A stretch of DNA of 64,000 bases, taken from assembly GCF_009834535.1 (NCBI RefSeq), contig NC_045696.1:101928001-101992000 (forward strand), given 5' to 3'. Of the stretch, positions 62,506 to 64,000 are shown one piece after another. Position numbers and translations under genes: made by a program. The stretch is from Camelus ferus. Its lineage: Eukaryota. Below the pieces are notes generated by a model, which worked only from the letters and a program-made list of their open reading frames with translations, did no database searches and was not told where the DNA came from. Within the stretch, counting starts at the first letter, position 1. The number at the start of each line of letters is the position of its first letter.

Positions 62506-63720
62506 GGGGGAAACAAGTGAAAGGAGCTATTTAATAGATTTATAAAGCCCTGCTTGATTATTCTGCTTACTTCCATCTCTGGGAAACTCTGATTCTACAA
62601 TTGTGTGTTTTAATAAGAACAACTCGGGCTGGCAGGCAGTAGCAGAGAAGCAAAGGCGCCAAGTGTGTATTTGCCAATATCCCCTGGTTAATTCTTACCA
62701 ACCACAAAGCCCTATATTTTTCGTCTCTCTTCTTCTGTCTTTACCTTCCCTCTTCCTTCTCCCTTCTCTCTCTCCCTCCTTCCCAACCATGTTTTTCTCA
62801 CTGTCTCTTGAGACTCTCTGGGCTGCTGCTCTCTGAGACTCCATTTTCAGTAGGTTGCAAAACAGCAGAGCTCAGGGAGGCTGTGTTGAGTCAGACCAGA
62901 AGGCCCTGTGACTCCTCAGTGCATTCATTCATTTACTCTCTGAATTTGGAGCTGGCACAGTAATAGCTGTCACTGATGTCAGAGAGAAAAAATAAATACA
63001 CTGCTGCCCTGACACAGCCAAATAAGAAAAAAATAATCTCTAATCTGTCAAGTACAGCCCGAGCTGCTTAGCAGTGTGGTTTCTCATATCCATATCACAG
63101 CAAGCTTGGGCTGTATGTCTGGCAGCAGAGAGATGAGTGAAGTTTATGAGGAAAAGAAACTAAAGGGAGGGAGGAGGGGACTGTGGGAAACATCAGAGAT
63201 CTAGTTTGGAAGTAAAGGAGGTGAAGTCGTCAGAGCCACATGGATCTATGCGTTAGTCACCAATGCAGTCCTTCCATCACAACCTTGAAGATGTCTGGGG
63301 TAAGAATGATAGGACAGGGTAGGAGAAAATAAACAAATTCTAAAAGATTCAAAAAGGAAAACAAATAAACCCAACTCTAAATTAGGAAGAGAAATGTTAA
63401 AAGCCATGTAGAAGGAACAAAATGGTATATGAAATTGCTGATGTGAGAAAAGAGAAACAGAATAATTTTTAAAATATAAAAATAACTGAAACATACTTTA
63501 TTCTGAAAAAGAATTTACCCGAGAAGTCTTATTATTAAACAGCGTATCGTAAAGATCCTAACTATGGAATTCATTTTAAATGAAATATTCAGATCTTGTA
63601 ATTACCCAGTTTACTTTCATTCTTCAGTACCCTTAGGCACAAAGCCAAATATTTTTTTTTTCTCAGTTTGACCAAAATCTGATGGAGGAGCTACAGTAAA
63701 TGTAGGTCAGCTTCTACATG

Positions 63721-63740
63721 CATACATACATACATACATA
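63721..63740. repeat. (CATA)5 repeat
   Basis: catacatacatacatacata. Confidence 0.9.
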
Positions 63741-63787
63741 CACACCCCTCATCCCATTCAGATAGAGGATAAAAAAAATAAGGGAAG

Positions 63788-64000
63788 TACATCAGTTATC
63801 TATTGCTGTGTAGCAAACCACTCTCCAAATTTAGTGTCTTAAAACAACAATTATTTTATTAGTTCACAATCTGTGGCTCAATGATTTAAATTAGACTGAT
63901 TTGGGCAGTTCTATGGTTCTCATCTGAGGTGACCCATGAGATCACAGTCATTTGGGGCTTGAGAGGGATTGAATGGTCTAAGATGGGCTCACTCAAATGT
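63788..64000 (-). mobile_element. MaLR LTR (MLT1F/H-like), truncated by the window end
   Basis: tacatcagttatctattgctgtgtagcaaaccac...aatttagtgtcttaaaacaacaatt...gggcagttct. Confidence 0.8.

Noticed and set aside
55468-64000. Search for SLC9A9 exon 5 (LIMYGFVKAM...) or a neighbouring gene, CRISPR array, prophage or horizontally acquired DNA
   Set aside because: No matching exon found; intron 4 extends beyond the window. Composition and repeat content are uniformly mammalian, with no array or foreign segment.

Overview
AT-rich, CpG-depleted mammalian genomic DNA, almost certainly from a camelid (Camelus/Vicugna/Lama). The evidence is a tRNA-Ala-derived SINE and two L1 3' ends of camelid type, with no ruminant Bov-A/BovB or pig PRE-1 SINEs seen. 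The window holds about 15.5 kb of upstream sequence and the first four coding exons of SLC9A9 (endosomal Na+/H+ exchanger NHE9) on the + strand: 15703-15877, 30456-30658, 53759-53836 and 55391-55467. Together they give 533 nt of open CDS (codons 1-178) with canonical GT-AG junctions and compatible phases. Exons 3 and 4 are absent from the supplied ORF track, and the gene continues beyond the window. The rest is intron/intergenic DNA rich in ancient repeats (MIR, L2, L1M, MaLR/ERVL/ERV1 solo LTRs, hAT and Tigger MITEs), a few young insertions with target-site duplications, microsatellites and three sized N gaps. I see no evidence of a novel multi-gene system. The best leads are regulatory or evolutionary: ETS/IRF/GATA motifs and a 4-codon uORF at a CpG-island-less promoter, a SINE that still folds as a near-perfect tRNA-Ala, a solo LTR with an intact NF-Y/TATA promoter, a (TGTGGG)7 G-quadruplex repeat, candidate CTCF sites, a twin-primed L1 inversion, and antisense orientation of all intronic LTRs I could identify. 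Repeat family names and human comparisons come from recalled sequences, not database searches. Repeat boundaries without a TSD/TIR are approximate.
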